The notes under the pieces were generated by a model. That model had not been told where the DNA came from. It ran no database searches and worked only from the letters and a program-made list of their open reading frames with translations. The translations under genes were made by a program, and so were the position numbers. A DNA stretch of 64,000 nucleotides from Candidatus Levyibacteriota bacterium. GTDB taxonomy: Bacteria > Patescibacteriota > Microgenomatia > Levybacterales > UBA12049. Shown here in pieces: positions 38,887 through 49,298 of this stretch. Position 1 is the first letter of the stretch. Each line of letters opens with the position of its first letter. Location: contig JBBRCK010000003.1 of assembly GCA_038205015.1 (NCBI GenBank), positions 2,527 to 66,526 of the forward strand, read 5' to 3'.

Positions 38887-39861
38887 ATGAGTAAAGTTGT
38901 TTTTTCAGGAATTCAGCCATCGGGAAATTTGCATATTGGAAATTATATCGGTGCAATTTCGCAGTGGGTGGCAATGCAAAATGAAAGGGATAGTATTTTT
39001 TGTATTGTTGATTTACACGCCATAACTGTTCCTCAGGATCCAACTAAGTTAAAAGAAAAAGTTTTGGAAGTCGCTGCTTTATATTTGGCCTGTGGAATTA
39101 ATCCTGAAAAATCACATATTTTTGTACAAAGCGAAAATCCAAATCATCCATATTTAGCCTGGATTTTAAACACTATTACTCCGTTTGGACAATTAGAGAG
39201 AATGACGCAGTTTAAAGATAAGGCAGAAAAGCACGAGGCAAATGCAGGGCTTTTTGATTACCCTGTGTTAATGGCAGCAGATATTTTGCTTTATCAAACC
39301 GATGAGGTACCGGTTGGTGAAGATCAAAAACAGCATATTGAACTAACCAGGGATTTAGCTGAGAAGTTCAATAGTAAGTTTGGCGAAACTTTTAAACTTC
39401 CAATTCCGGTTATCGGTAAAGAAACAGCCAGAATAATGAGCTTACAAGACCCGGCTTCTAAAATGAGTAAATCTGATAGCAATCCACTCGGAACAATAAA
39501 TTTATTAGATTCAGAGGATTTAGTTAAAGAAAAAATTAAAAAAGCTATTACTGATTCAGGTACTCAAATTTCAAGAGATCAAGGGTCAGAAGGGTTATCG
39601 AATCTTTTTAGTATATATTCTAGCTTTAAAAGTCAGACGTTAACAGATTCTTATATTGAATTAGAAGGAAAATCTTATGGAGAATTTAAAACTTTGCTAT
39701 CAAATCTAGTTTGGAAAGAATTATCAGAGATTCAAAATAAATATCAGGAAATAAGAGCTGATGAAGCAAAGCTTAGAAAAATTCTAGATGAAGGAAGAGA
39801 TTTTGCAATAGAAAAGTCTTCTCAAACCCTTGCTCAAGTTAAAGAAAAAGTAGGATTGTAA
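38887..39861 (+). CDS. trpS: Tryptophanyl-tRNA synthetase
   Basis: HIGN, YPVLMAADILLY, KMSKS. Confidence 0.97.
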   Translation: MSKVVFSGIQPSGNLHIGNYIGAISQWVAMQNERDSIFCIVDLHAITVPQDPTKLKEKVLEVAALYLACGINPEKSHIFVQSENPNHPYLAWILNTITPFGQLERMTQFKDKAEKHEANAGLFDYPVLMAADILLYQTDEVPVGEDQKQHIELTRDLAEKFNSKFGETFKLPIPVIGKETARIMSLQDPASKMSKSDSNPLGTINLLDSEDLVKEKIKKAITDSGTQISRDQGSEGLSNLFSIYSSFKSQTLTDSYIELEGKSYGEFKTLLSNLVWKELSEIQNKYQEIRADEAKLRKILDEGRDFAIEKSSQTLAQVKEKVGL

Positions 39862-39901
39862 GCTTTCTTTTGAGCCTCCCGTGTGTTATAATTTCCGAAC
39901 T

Positions 39902-41755
39902 ATGGCTAGCCTTAAAAGACCCAAGAAACTAAAGCACGTTAAAGTAAAAATGAAGCTTTCGTGGAAAAACATAATTATTTATGCTTTTCTAATTCTTTTT
40001 ACCGGATTTATATTTTTTGGCGCAAGTCAATCTTCAACTACCTCATTTGACCAGACTATAAAAACAGTACCGTTGTCTCAACTTATTAACGATGTAAAAA
40101 TGGGAAAAGCATCAACGATTAATGTTTATCCAAATAAAATAAGCGCACCCGAAAAAAGTATAACTTTAGAAAGTTTTAAAGAGGCAAATGCTGACGTTTA
40201 CCAACTTTTTAAAAATGCCGGAGTTTCTTTAGATAAAACAAAAGTTGTTATAAAAGATGAAACTAGCCTTAATAATTGGATAAATATACTCTCGGGAGTA
40301 CTCCCAATTGTTCTTATGGTTGCATTTTTTTACTTTATTTTCAGACAGGCAAGGGGAGCGCAGGAAAATATATTCTCTTTTGGTAAATCTTCGGCCAAGC
40401 TTTTTTCTAAAGATACTCCCAAAGTAAGTTTTGCCGATGTTGCGGGAGTTGACGAAGCAAAACAGGAATTAACAGAAGTAGTTGATTTTCTTAAAAACCC
40501 AGGAAAATATAAAGCTATGGGAGCAAGAACCCCAAAGGGAGTTTTAATGGTTGGTCCATCTGGAACCGGAAAAACTCTTTTGGCAAGAGCAACAGCCGGA
40601 GAAGCAGGAGTAGCTTTCTTTTCTATGGCAGGGAGCGAATTTATGGAAATGCTGGTTGGAGTTGGAGCATCGAGGGTAAGAGATTTATTTAATAACGCCA
40701 AAAAAGCTCAACCGGCAATTATTTTTATCGATGAAGTTGATGCAATCGGAAGACAAAGAGGTTCAGGTTTTATGGGCGGACACGACGAAAGAGAGCAGAC
40801 TCTAAATCAGATTTTGGTTGAAATGGATGGTTTTACTCCAAACGAACAGTTGGTAGTAATGGCAGCAACAAACCGACCCGACGTTTTGGATCCGGCCTTA
40901 GTTAGGCCCGGTAGATTTGATAGAAGAGTTGTTTTGGAGTTTCCTGATGTTAAGGGGAGAGAGGCAATTTTAGCAATTCATGCAAAAGGAAAGCCGTTTG
41001 AAAAAAACGTTGATTGGATAAAAATTGCCAAAAGAACAGTTGGCTTTTCCGGCGCTGATTTAGAAAACATGCTAAATGAATCAGCTATCTTGGCAGCACG
41101 TTTAGGTAAAAAAGAAATCGATATGAGCGATTTGGAAGAAGCCGCAACAAAAGTAAAATTGGGACCTGAAAAAAAGAGATTGCAATCAGACTTAGACAGA
41201 AAAATGACAGCTTATCATGAGGCGGGTCACGCTTTGGTTTCTTGGTTTATGCCAAATATGGACCCAGTTCACAGGATTTCAATTGTTTCAAGAGGAATGA
41301 GTTTGGGGCACACGATGATGGAGCCAATGGATAGAATTCATGAAACAAAGACCCATCTAATAGAAGAAATAGCGGTAATGCTTGGAGGAAGAGCGGCTGA
41401 AAATATAGTGTTTAAAGATATGACAACCGGAGCATCAGATGATATTGCTAAAGCAACAGAAGTCGCCCGGGCAATGGTGGTTGAATACGGAATGAGTGAA
41501 TTGGGCCCGATTAATTTAGACGGAGATAAAAGAAATCCTTACGAACAGTCGACAGTCTCACCAGATATGGCTTCAAAAATTGACGGACAAGTTAAGCAGC
41601 TTACAGATGAAGGCTATAGGCAAGCAGTGGAAATTCTTAAAAAATTAAGAACAAAACTTGATGTTTTAGCCGAAGAACTTTTAAAGAAGGAAACTTTGGA
41701 ATCGGAAGAATTTGAAAAGTTGATAGGCTTAAAACCTGCTCTTTTAACAGCTTAG
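39902..41755 (+). CDS. ftsH: ATP-dependent zinc metalloprotease FtsH
   Basis: Two TMs, GPSGTGKT, RPGRFDR, HEAGH. Confidence 0.97.
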   Translation: MASLKRPKKLKHVKVKMKLSWKNIIIYAFLILFTGFIFFGASQSSTTSFDQTIKTVPLSQLINDVKMGKASTINVYPNKISAPEKSITLESFKEANADVYQLFKNAGVSLDKTKVVIKDETSLNNWINILSGVLPIVLMVAFFYFIFRQARGAQENIFSFGKSSAKLFSKDTPKVSFADVAGVDEAKQELTEVVDFLKNPGKYKAMGARTPKGVLMVGPSGTGKTLLARATAGEAGVAFFSMAGSEFMEMLVGVGASRVRDLFNNAKKAQPAIIFIDEVDAIGRQRGSGFMGGHDEREQTLNQILVEMDGFTPNEQLVVMAATNRPDVLDPALVRPGRFDRRVVLEFPDVKGREAILAIHAKGKPFEKNVDWIKIAKRTVGFSGADLENMLNESAILAARLGKKEIDMSDLEEAATKVKLGPEKKRLQSDLDRKMTAYHEAGHALVSWFMPNMDPVHRISIVSRGMSLGHTMMEPMDRIHETKTHLIEEIAVMLGGRAAENIVFKDMTTGASDDIAKATEVARAMVVEYGMSELGPINLDGDKRNPYEQSTVSPDMASKIDGQVKQLTDEGYRQAVEILKKLRTKLDVLAEELLKKETLESEEFEKLIGLKPALLTA

Positions 41756-41796
41756 GCGTAATTGACATTAAAAAATATTGTCGATATATTTAAATT

Positions 41797-42444
41797 ATGG
41801 TAAAGAAAGAATCTACGAAAATCACTGTTTTTTCCAAAAAAGAAGCGATTAATTTTGGTTTTGAAGTTTCCAAAGAGAATGTGCTTTTTTTCTTGAGTCT
41901 TTTTGTAGTTTGGGCATTTGTTGCAATTATCTCTTCCTCTATTCAGAATGCCTTAAATGCCAATAAGCAAGTTATTATTTCCTTTATATTCAGTCTGGCG
42001 ATGTGGGTTGTAAATTCAATAATTTCAATGGGGTTTATTAATATTGCTTTAGAATTTGTTGACAAGAAAAAGCCAGAACTTAAAGATATTTATTTCACTA
42101 AAAAAATATTTAATTATATTTTAGCCTCGTCTTTACGAACAATCATTACGGTTTTTGGCTTTATTCTTTTTATAGTTCCGGGAATTATCCTTTCAATAAA
42201 ACTTCAGTACTCACAGTATTTAATTGTAGATAAGGGCTTTGGCGTGGTTGACTCACTTAAGGGGAGTTGGGAAATGACCAAGGGTGTTAAGTGGAATCTT
42301 TTTCTCTTGGGTTTACTTTTAGGCCTTATCAACATTTTAGGATTATTATGCCTTCTAGTTGGACTTTTGATAACAGTTCCTCTTACTATGCTTGCCGAGG
42401 CTTATGTTTACAGGAAACTTCTTGCTCAGGTTAACCTCAAATAG
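41797..42444 (+). CDS. Membrane protein (DUF975-like)
   Basis: LFIVPGI, SW.MTKG.K..LF. Confidence 0.7.
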   Translation: MVKKESTKITVFSKKEAINFGFEVSKENVLFFLSLFVVWAFVAIISSSIQNALNANKQVIISFIFSLAMWVVNSIISMGFINIALEFVDKKKPELKDIYFTKKIFNYILASSLRTIITVFGFILFIVPGIILSIKLQYSQYLIVDKGFGVVDSLKGSWEMTKGVKWNLFLLGLLLGLINILGLLCLLVGLLITVPLTMLAEAYVYRKLLAQVNLK

Positions 42445-42459
42445 GCTATAATCGGTTTT

Positions 42460-43371
42460 ATGAATAAACTTGTTCTAATAGACGGGAATGCCATAATTCA
42501 CAGAGCTTTTCATGCACTTCCTCCTTTAAATGCCAATGGCGGTACGCCTACCAACGCAGTTTACGGATTTTTTATGATGCTTTTTAAGGTAATTCAGGAC
42601 TTAAAGCCGGAATACCTAATAGTTTGTTTTGATAAGAAAGCACCGACTTTTAGAAAACAAATGTATGTTGGATATCAGGCTAAAAGACCAAAGATGTCTG
42701 ATGATTTAATTCCACAAATTGATATCGTCCACAAGGCGCTAGATAGGGCTAAGATTACTCATTTTGAAGTAGACGGATACGAAGCGGATGATCTAATCGG
42801 GACAATCTCTGTTGAGGCAAAAAAAGAAGGGTTGCAGACAATAATTGTTTCAGGAGATAGAGATTTGTTGCAGCTGGTAAACGATAGAGTTTTAATGCTG
42901 GCGCCAATTGTTGGAATTACAAAAATGATTCTTTTTGATGAAAGCAAGGTTAGAGAAAAATATGGTTTAAATCCGGAACAAATTGTTGACTATAAAGCCT
43001 TGGTGGGTGACCCATCGGATAACTATCCCGGAGTTACAGGAATTGGACCTAAAACCGCCAGCGGCTTACTGGCAGAATATCAAAGCCTGGAGAATTTATA
43101 CGCCAATATTTCCAAGCTTCCTCTAAAAATACAGGAAAAACTGGCTCAAGATGCAGAGCAGTCGGCGATGGCCAAAAGACTGGCTACTATTATTAAAGAT
43201 GCACCAATTACTTTTAAAAAAGAAGAGGCACAGGCTAATAAAATGGATCAAGAGGCTTTAAAAAAAGTTTTCGAAGAGTTAAACTTTAGAAGTTTGCTAA
43301 CCAGATTTCCAAACACCGAGGAAGTTAAGGTAGAAAAAAAGAAAGATGATACCCAACTTGGTCTTTTATGA
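42460..43371 (+). CDS. Stand-alone 5'-3' exonuclease/flap endonuclease (Pol I N-domain)
   Basis: LIDGN, YEADD, SGDRD, GDPSDNYPGV.GIG.KTA. Confidence 0.92.
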   Translation: MNKLVLIDGNAIIHRAFHALPPLNANGGTPTNAVYGFFMMLFKVIQDLKPEYLIVCFDKKAPTFRKQMYVGYQAKRPKMSDDLIPQIDIVHKALDRAKITHFEVDGYEADDLIGTISVEAKKEGLQTIIVSGDRDLLQLVNDRVLMLAPIVGITKMILFDESKVREKYGLNPEQIVDYKALVGDPSDNYPGVTGIGPKTASGLLAEYQSLENLYANISKLPLKIQEKLAQDAEQSAMAKRLATIIKDAPITFKKEEAQANKMDQEALKKVFEELNFRSLLTRFPNTEEVKVEKKKDDTQLGLL

Positions 43372-44465
43372 AAGTTGCAATTGTTCATGATTATATAAAA
43401 GAATATGGGGGAGCAGAAAGGGTGCTTGAGGCTTTATCTGAAATTTATCCAAACGCGCCAATTTATACTGCATTTTGCGATGAAAGTTCAACCGCTTATG
43501 AGCATTTTAAAACCAGGCAAATTATCTCTTCTTGGTTTAACTATGTTCCATTTGCTTCAAAATTAGCCTCACCCCTTCGGTTTTTAACTCCTCTTATTTG
43601 GGGCAGTTTTAATTTTTCTAAATATGACGTAGTTATTTCATCTGCCAGTTGGTATATAACCAAAGGATTCAAAAAAAATGGAGATAAACTTACCGAAATT
43701 TGTTATTGTCATACTCCTCCGCGTTGGCTATACGGATATTCAACCAGTGTTAACTTTCAAAAATATAAGCTTGTAAAAATATATGCTGCAATTGTTGGGC
43801 ATTTTTTAAGACTTTACGATTTTGAAAGAGCACAAAAAGTCGACTATTTTATTGCAAATTCAAAAGAAGTTGCGGCTAGAATTGACAAGTTCTATCGAAA
43901 ACCATCAATTATCATTTATCCGCCGGTTTCTTTACCAAAAGTTGAGCACGTTGAAAAAAGCGATTATTACTTTATTGTTTCTAGAATTGTTGGGGCAAAG
44001 GGCTTGGAGTTGGCAGTTGAAGCGGCAGTTAGAGAAGGATTTAAGTTAAAAATTGCCGGTTCTCCGGCAGGATATTATTTTGAACACAATAAGTTAGTTA
44101 AAAAATCAAAGGGAAAGGTTGAATTTTTAGGACAAGTTAGCGATGAGGAGTTGGCAAAACTTTATAAAGGTGCAAAGGGTTTTTTGGCTTTGGCAAAAGA
44201 TGAAGATTTTGGCATAACGCCGGTTGAAGCAATGCTTTCAGGCACTCCAGTTGTTGCTTTTAATGGCGGGGGATATAAAGAAACAGTAGTTGACGGAAAA
44301 ACAGGAATAATATTTAATGATTATTCAATTGATGGGTTAATTACGGCTATTAAAAGGCTTGAGAACACAAAAATTGATCCTCAAAATTGTATTGGACAAG
44401 CGCAAAAGTTTTCTAAAGAGAGATTTAAAAGAGAAATAAAAGAATTTGTTGAAAAACATGCCTGA
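43368..44465 (+). CDS. GT4 glycosyltransferase
   Basis: GGAERV, YCHTP, EDFGITPVEA. Confidence 0.9.
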   Translation: MKVAIVHDYIKEYGGAERVLEALSEIYPNAPIYTAFCDESSTAYEHFKTRQIISSWFNYVPFASKLASPLRFLTPLIWGSFNFSKYDVVISSASWYITKGFKKNGDKLTEICYCHTPPRWLYGYSTSVNFQKYKLVKIYAAIVGHFLRLYDFERAQKVDYFIANSKEVAARIDKFYRKPSIIIYPPVSLPKVEHVEKSDYYFIVSRIVGAKGLELAVEAAVREGFKLKIAGSPAGYYFEHNKLVKKSKGKVEFLGQVSDEELAKLYKGAKGFLALAKDEDFGITPVEAMLSGTPVVAFNGGGYKETVVDGKTGIIFNDYSIDGLITAIKRLENTKIDPQNCIGQAQKFSKERFKREIKEFVEKHA

Positions 44466-45321
44466 ACTTCCAGAAGTTGAAACATTAAAATTAGGTCTTC
44501 AGAAATACCTTGTTGGTAGAAAAATTGAAGATATAAAAATCCTCGTGCCAAAAATATTTCAAGGAAATACAAAAGATGTAATTGGCGCAAAAGTTGTTGA
44601 TATTAAAAGAGTAGGCAAGGGTTTAATTGTTGAGCTTGATAATGATTTTGATTTAGTGGTGCATTTAAAAATGACTGGTCAAATGATTTATCGGGGAAAA
44701 GAAACTAAGAATGTCGTTTTGTCCAAAAAAGCCGGTGGAGAAGTTCCCTCAAAATATAGTCACGTAATATTTTTTCTAGATAAAGATGCAAAACTTTATT
44801 ATAACGACCTGCGTCGATTTGGTTATATTAAGGTAATTAAAAAATCGGAAGTAAAAAGTTTGCCATTTTTTAAGGAAATGGGTCCGGAGCCTTATAATAA
44901 CCCGGATTTTGGTCAAAAAACTTTAAGCTTAAAAGGTTTCCAGTCAGTTTTAGAAAAAAGCGGACTGCCGGTAAAAGTAATTTTAATGGATCAGAAAAAA
45001 ATTGGAGGAATCGGCAATATTTATGCTAACGAAGCTTTGTTTTTGTCTAGTATTAATCCAAAAAGAAAAGCAAAAGATGTAACTAAAGACGAAATAGCTT
45101 TGCTTTATAAGTCAATTTATAAGGTTATTGATAAGGGACTTCGTTTCGGTGGATCTTCGGATGAAAATTTTGTGAATGTTTTAGGACAAGATGGTCAGTA
45201 TCAACAGTATTTTTTAGCCTATGGTCAAGAAAAGGAAAAGTGTTCAATTTGCGGAGGAATCATCGAAAAAATTCAATTAGGAAGCCGTGGTACCTACTTT
45301 TGCCCCAAGCACCAAAAATAA
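44458..45321 (+). CDS. mutM: Formamidopyrimidine-DNA glycosylase
   Basis: MPELPEVE, HLKMTG, GIGNIYA.E, C-terminal Zn finger. Confidence 0.96.
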   Translation: MPELPEVETLKLGLQKYLVGRKIEDIKILVPKIFQGNTKDVIGAKVVDIKRVGKGLIVELDNDFDLVVHLKMTGQMIYRGKETKNVVLSKKAGGEVPSKYSHVIFFLDKDAKLYYNDLRRFGYIKVIKKSEVKSLPFFKEMGPEPYNNPDFGQKTLSLKGFQSVLEKSGLPVKVILMDQKKIGGIGNIYANEALFLSSINPKRKAKDVTKDEIALLYKSIYKVIDKGLRFGGSSDENFVNVLGQDGQYQQYFLAYGQEKEKCSICGGIIEKIQLGSRGTYFCPKHQK

Positions 45322-45385
45322 TTATTGATTTTTATAAGTCTTATTGTTAGTATAAGCTGCTGGCAATTAATAATTGCTTTATTTT

Positions 45386-46087
45386 ATGGCTTACAGCGAA
45401 AAAGTAGTCATGTCCATAGGAGGATCACTCATTATTCCGGGTGGAGGGATTGATGTTAAGTTTTTAATTAAACTTAATACCTTTATTAGAAAGCAACTGG
45501 CGAAGAATAAAAACCGCCAGTTTTTTTTGGTTATTGGAGGCGGACAAATTGCCAGACATTACAGAGATGCTGGAGAAAAAGTAATAAGACACACTTTAAC
45601 CAGAGACGATTTAGATTGGTTGGGGGTTCACGCCACCAGGCTAAATGCTCAACTTATCAGAACAATTTTTCGAGAAATAGCCCATCCTCATTTAATTAAG
45701 CATTACGAAATAATTAGAAAAGTTACAGAACCGGTTGTAGTTGCCGCAGGTTGGAAGCCTGGTTGGTCTACCGATTTTGATGCAATCTTGCTTTGCGAAG
45801 ACTATGGAGTCTCTGAGGTTATTAATTTAAGCAATATCAAAAAAGTTTATGATAAAGATCCAAGGAAATATAAAAATGCTAAACCAATTGATAAGATTTC
45901 ATGGAAAAATTTTAGAAAATTAGTGGGTGATAAATGGATTCCCGGCATGCATGCGCCGTTTGATCCGGTCGCATCTGAAAAAGCAGAGAAATTAGGCATT
46001 AAAGTAGTTGTTTTGTCAGGCCATGATTTTAAAAATTTAGATAACTATTTTAACAATAAAAAATTTGAAGGAACCGTGATAGAATAA
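45386..46087 (+). CDS. pyrH: UMP kinase (archaeal-like type)
   Basis: SIGGS, GGG..AR.Y, PGWSTD, PFD. Confidence 0.9.
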   Translation: MAYSEKVVMSIGGSLIIPGGGIDVKFLIKLNTFIRKQLAKNKNRQFFLVIGGGQIARHYRDAGEKVIRHTLTRDDLDWLGVHATRLNAQLIRTIFREIAHPHLIKHYEIIRKVTEPVVVAAGWKPGWSTDFDAILLCEDYGVSEVINLSNIKKVYDKDPRKYKNAKPIDKISWKNFRKLVGDKWIPGMHAPFDPVASEKAEKLGIKVVVLSGHDFKNLDNYFNNKKFEGTVIE

Positions 46088-46091
46088 CTCC

Positions 46092-47138
46092 ATGCTAAAA
46101 AGCATTTCTCTTCAGCATTTTAGAAGCTACGAAAAAGCAGAATTTAGCTTTGAACAAACCAACCTGGTCGTTGGTCCAAATACTTCTGGAAAAACTAACT
46201 TAATTGAAAGTATTTATCTTTTATCCTCTGGTAAAAGTTTTAGAACTGATAAAGATTTTCAAATGATAAATTTCAAAAGCGATTTCGCAAGAATTAAGGG
46301 TGAAATTGAAGACGAAGAGCTTGAGGTTTTATTAACCAACGGACAAGTTAACGGTAAGTCTCAGTATAAAAAGTTTCTGGTAAATGGGGTGCCGAAGAGG
46401 CGGGTTGATTTTTCCGGCAAGCTTTTATCGGTTATTTTCTCGCCTTCGGATTTAGATATTATTATTGATTCGCCTCACCTTAGAAGGAATTTTTTGGATG
46501 AGGTTTTAGAACAAGTTGATAGAGAATATCGACTGGCTGATTTATCGTATGTTAAGGCAATAAGGCAAAGGAACGCACTTTTGGAAATAACCAGAGAAAC
46601 GGGCGTTAGAAATCAGAAACAATTTGAATATTGGGATAATTTAGTTATTGAGAATGGACAAAAGATCACCCAAAAAAGACAAGAGTTTATTGATTATCTA
46701 AATTTAGAAACAAAAGACATTTTTAATTTTCAAGTTCATTATGATAAAAGTTTAATTTCCAGAGAAAGACTCGACCAATATAGAGAAGAAGAAGTAATGT
46801 CGGGAGTTACGTTGGTTGGTCCGCATAGAGATGATTTTTCCGTTTTAATGTTAAATGGTGGTAAAATTGCGCACGATATTAAGCATTATGGTTCAAGAGG
46901 TCAACAGAGATTAGCGATTTTACAACTTAAAAAATTACAGCTTTTATACGTAGAAAAGTTTTTAGGTAAAAGACCGATATTAATACTTGATGATATTTTT
47001 TCAGAACTCGATGAAGGACATATTAAGCATATCTTTGACCAAATCGGTAAACAACAGACGATAATTACTACAACGCATAAAGAATTTATTCCCCCGAAAC
47101 TTTTAAAAAAAATGAAGATAATTAGTTTTATAAAATAA
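46092..47138 (+). CDS. recF: DNA repair protein RecF
   Basis: FRSY, GPNTSGKTN, GPHRDD, SRGQQR, LDDIFSELD. Confidence 0.95.
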   Translation: MLKSISLQHFRSYEKAEFSFEQTNLVVGPNTSGKTNLIESIYLLSSGKSFRTDKDFQMINFKSDFARIKGEIEDEELEVLLTNGQVNGKSQYKKFLVNGVPKRRVDFSGKLLSVIFSPSDLDIIIDSPHLRRNFLDEVLEQVDREYRLADLSYVKAIRQRNALLEITRETGVRNQKQFEYWDNLVIENGQKITQKRQEFIDYLNLETKDIFNFQVHYDKSLISRERLDQYREEEVMSGVTLVGPHRDDFSVLMLNGGKIAHDIKHYGSRGQQRLAILQLKKLQLLYVEKFLGKRPILILDDIFSELDEGHIKHIFDQIGKQQTIITTTHKEFIPPKLLKKMKIISFIK

Positions 47139-47957
47139 ATGCAAGAGTTTAATCCAGTTGATTTAAAACAACTTTATATCCCTTCTCCAAATTCCAAAAA
47201 AGGGGACAACGGAAAACTCATGATTGTTGCCGGATCGATTCTTTTTCATGCCGCATCTTTATGGCCCTTAGAAGTGGCATCAAGAATTGTAGATATGGTA
47301 TTTTACTCATCAGTCTCTATGAACAAAGAAATTGTTCAAAAAGATAAGAATAGATTTAGAAACGGGATTGTAATACCACGGCATAAAATTGGAAAATATG
47401 TACAAGAAGCAGACTGTATTTTAATCGGGCCAGGCCTTCCAAGAGATAGTGGAAAAGAAAAAGAGGAAGAAAGCACTAAGGATTTAACAGAAAAATTACT
47501 TACAGAATTTCCTAATAAAAAATGGGTTGTAGATGGTGGATCATTACAAGTAATTAATCCAAATATTTTACCGAAAGCTTCAATAATAACTCCTAATAAA
47601 AAAGAGTTCGAAATGCTTTTTAAATGTCAAGCAAGCTTTGAAAACGCAATTAAGATGGCCAAAAAGTATGGAATCACAATTCTTTTAAAAGGGAAAGAAG
47701 ACATAGTTGCAGACAAGCATAAAAATGTAATCATAAAAGGAGGGAATGCCGGTATGACTAAAGGTGGTACGGGAGATGTTTTGGCAGGACTTACAGCCTC
47801 ATTTTATTCTAAAAACAACGCATTCTTATCAGCAACTTGCGCTTCTTATATCAATAAGCAAGCCGGAGACTCTCTTTATAAAACCCAAGGACTTTACTTT
47901 AATGCTTCTGATTTAGTAAATGAAATTCCTAAAATAATGAAGGAGTTTATTCGTTGA
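47139..47957 (+). CDS. nnrD: NAD(P)H-hydrate dehydratase
   Basis: KGDNG, IGPGL, GGTGDVLAG. Confidence 0.9.
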   Translation: MQEFNPVDLKQLYIPSPNSKKGDNGKLMIVAGSILFHAASLWPLEVASRIVDMVFYSSVSMNKEIVQKDKNRFRNGIVIPRHKIGKYVQEADCILIGPGLPRDSGKEKEEESTKDLTEKLLTEFPNKKWVVDGGSLQVINPNILPKASIITPNKKEFEMLFKCQASFENAIKMAKKYGITILLKGKEDIVADKHKNVIIKGGNAGMTKGGTGDVLAGLTASFYSKNNAFLSATCASYINKQAGDSLYKTQGLYFNASDLVNEIPKIMKEFIR

Positions 47958-48222
47958 TTTTTTCGGAGACCTTTGAAAGTTGATAGGTAACAAATACTGC
48001 CAGAGCAGTCACGACAAAAGCGTAGATTACAAGAGAGATTATTCCGCTCCCGTTTGGTAAGAATTTTTTAACGTAAGAATTTACAAGTTCTTGGATTAAA
48101 CTATTCCAAGCTAGGGCTGCAACTAAACCAAAACCAGAGGTTGCTAGGGTTAGCATTTGCTTAATTAACTCCTGGTGTAATTTTTTTTCTTTAGGTGTTT
48201 CTTTTCGGGAATTGTTCGGCAT
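47947..48222 (-). CDS. DUF5654-like small membrane protein
   Basis: TSGFGLVAALAWN. Confidence 0.8.
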   Translation of the reverse strand: MPNNSRKETPKEKKLHQELIKQMLTLATSGFGLVAALAWNSLIQELVNSYVKKFLPNGSGIISLVIYAFVVTALAVFVTYQLSKVSEKINE

Positions 48223-48248
48223 TTAATGCTATAATTATAGCACGTTTT

Positions 48249-49295
48249 ATGTATAAACCAAAATATTCAATTACTAACAAAATCCTCAAAAATATCGGTA
48301 ATATCGAAGCTTCGAAAGAAGTTATTGATCATGCCCCACTGCTTCCGTATTTTGAAAAAGAATTCAGGGAAAGTGCTTTGGTTAGAAGTGTTCATTATGG
48401 AACTCATATTGAGGGAAACGAGCTTAATTTAACCGAAGCTGAAAAAGTAATTAAAGGCCAGGATATTGTTGCAAGAGATAGAGATATTCAGGAGGTAATA
48501 AATTATCGAAAAGTAATTGATTATATCGGAAAATCACAAAATAGAAATGCCAAAGAAGCAGTCGGCGATGAAACAATCAAAGAGCTTCATAAGCTAACTG
48601 TTGATAGAATTTTGCCTTCTGAGCAATGCGGGGTTTTTAGAAAAACGCAGGTAGTTGTCAAAAACAGCCAAACAGGAGAAGTATCTTTTAGGCCGCCAAT
48701 GGCAGTTGCGATAACTTTTCAGATAAAAAATCTTTTGGAATTTATTAATTCAGAAGATGAAATGCACCCTGTTTTAAAATCCGGAGCGGTTCATTTTGAA
48801 CTGGTTAGAATTCATCCCTTTTTAGACGGAAACGGAAGGGTAGCAAGGGCTTTTGCAACCTTAATCTTATATAGAGAAGGTTATGATATCAGAAGATTTT
48901 TTTCGCTGGAGGAATATTTTGATAAGAGTGCAATTGAATATTATCAAGCTTTGCAAAGTGTTGAGAAAAAAGAGGGAGACTTAACGGATTGGCTTGAATA
49001 TTTTACTTTTGGTTTATCGGTAGAGCTTTCCAAAATAAGAGAAAGAGTAGAGAGTATTTCAATTGACGCAAAGTTAAAAGAAAAATTGGGAGGAGAGCCG
49101 ATTCTTTTATCGCCCAGGCAGATTAAGATTATTGAATATATTCAAAAGGTTGGTTATCTTCAAAACCAAGCATTCGAAAGCTTGTTTCCGATGGTTTCCG
49201 AAGATACGATACTTAACGAAATAAAGGGTTTGGCAAGTGTAGGAATTATTAAAAAGCATGGTGTAACCAAGGGTGCAAAATATATCATGGCGTAA
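48249..49295 (+). CDS. Fic family protein with C-terminal winged HTH
   Basis: HPFLDGNGRVAR; N-terminal GTHIEGN. Confidence 0.92.
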   Translation: MYKPKYSITNKILKNIGNIEASKEVIDHAPLLPYFEKEFRESALVRSVHYGTHIEGNELNLTEAEKVIKGQDIVARDRDIQEVINYRKVIDYIGKSQNRNAKEAVGDETIKELHKLTVDRILPSEQCGVFRKTQVVVKNSQTGEVSFRPPMAVAITFQIKNLLEFINSEDEMHPVLKSGAVHFELVRIHPFLDGNGRVARAFATLILYREGYDIRRFFSLEEYFDKSAIEYYQALQSVEKKEGDLTDWLEYFTFGLSVELSKIRERVESISIDAKLKEKLGGEPILLSPRQIKIIEYIQKVGYLQNQAFESLFPMVSEDTILNEIKGLASVGIIKKHGVTKGAKYIMA

Positions 49296-49298
49296 TTT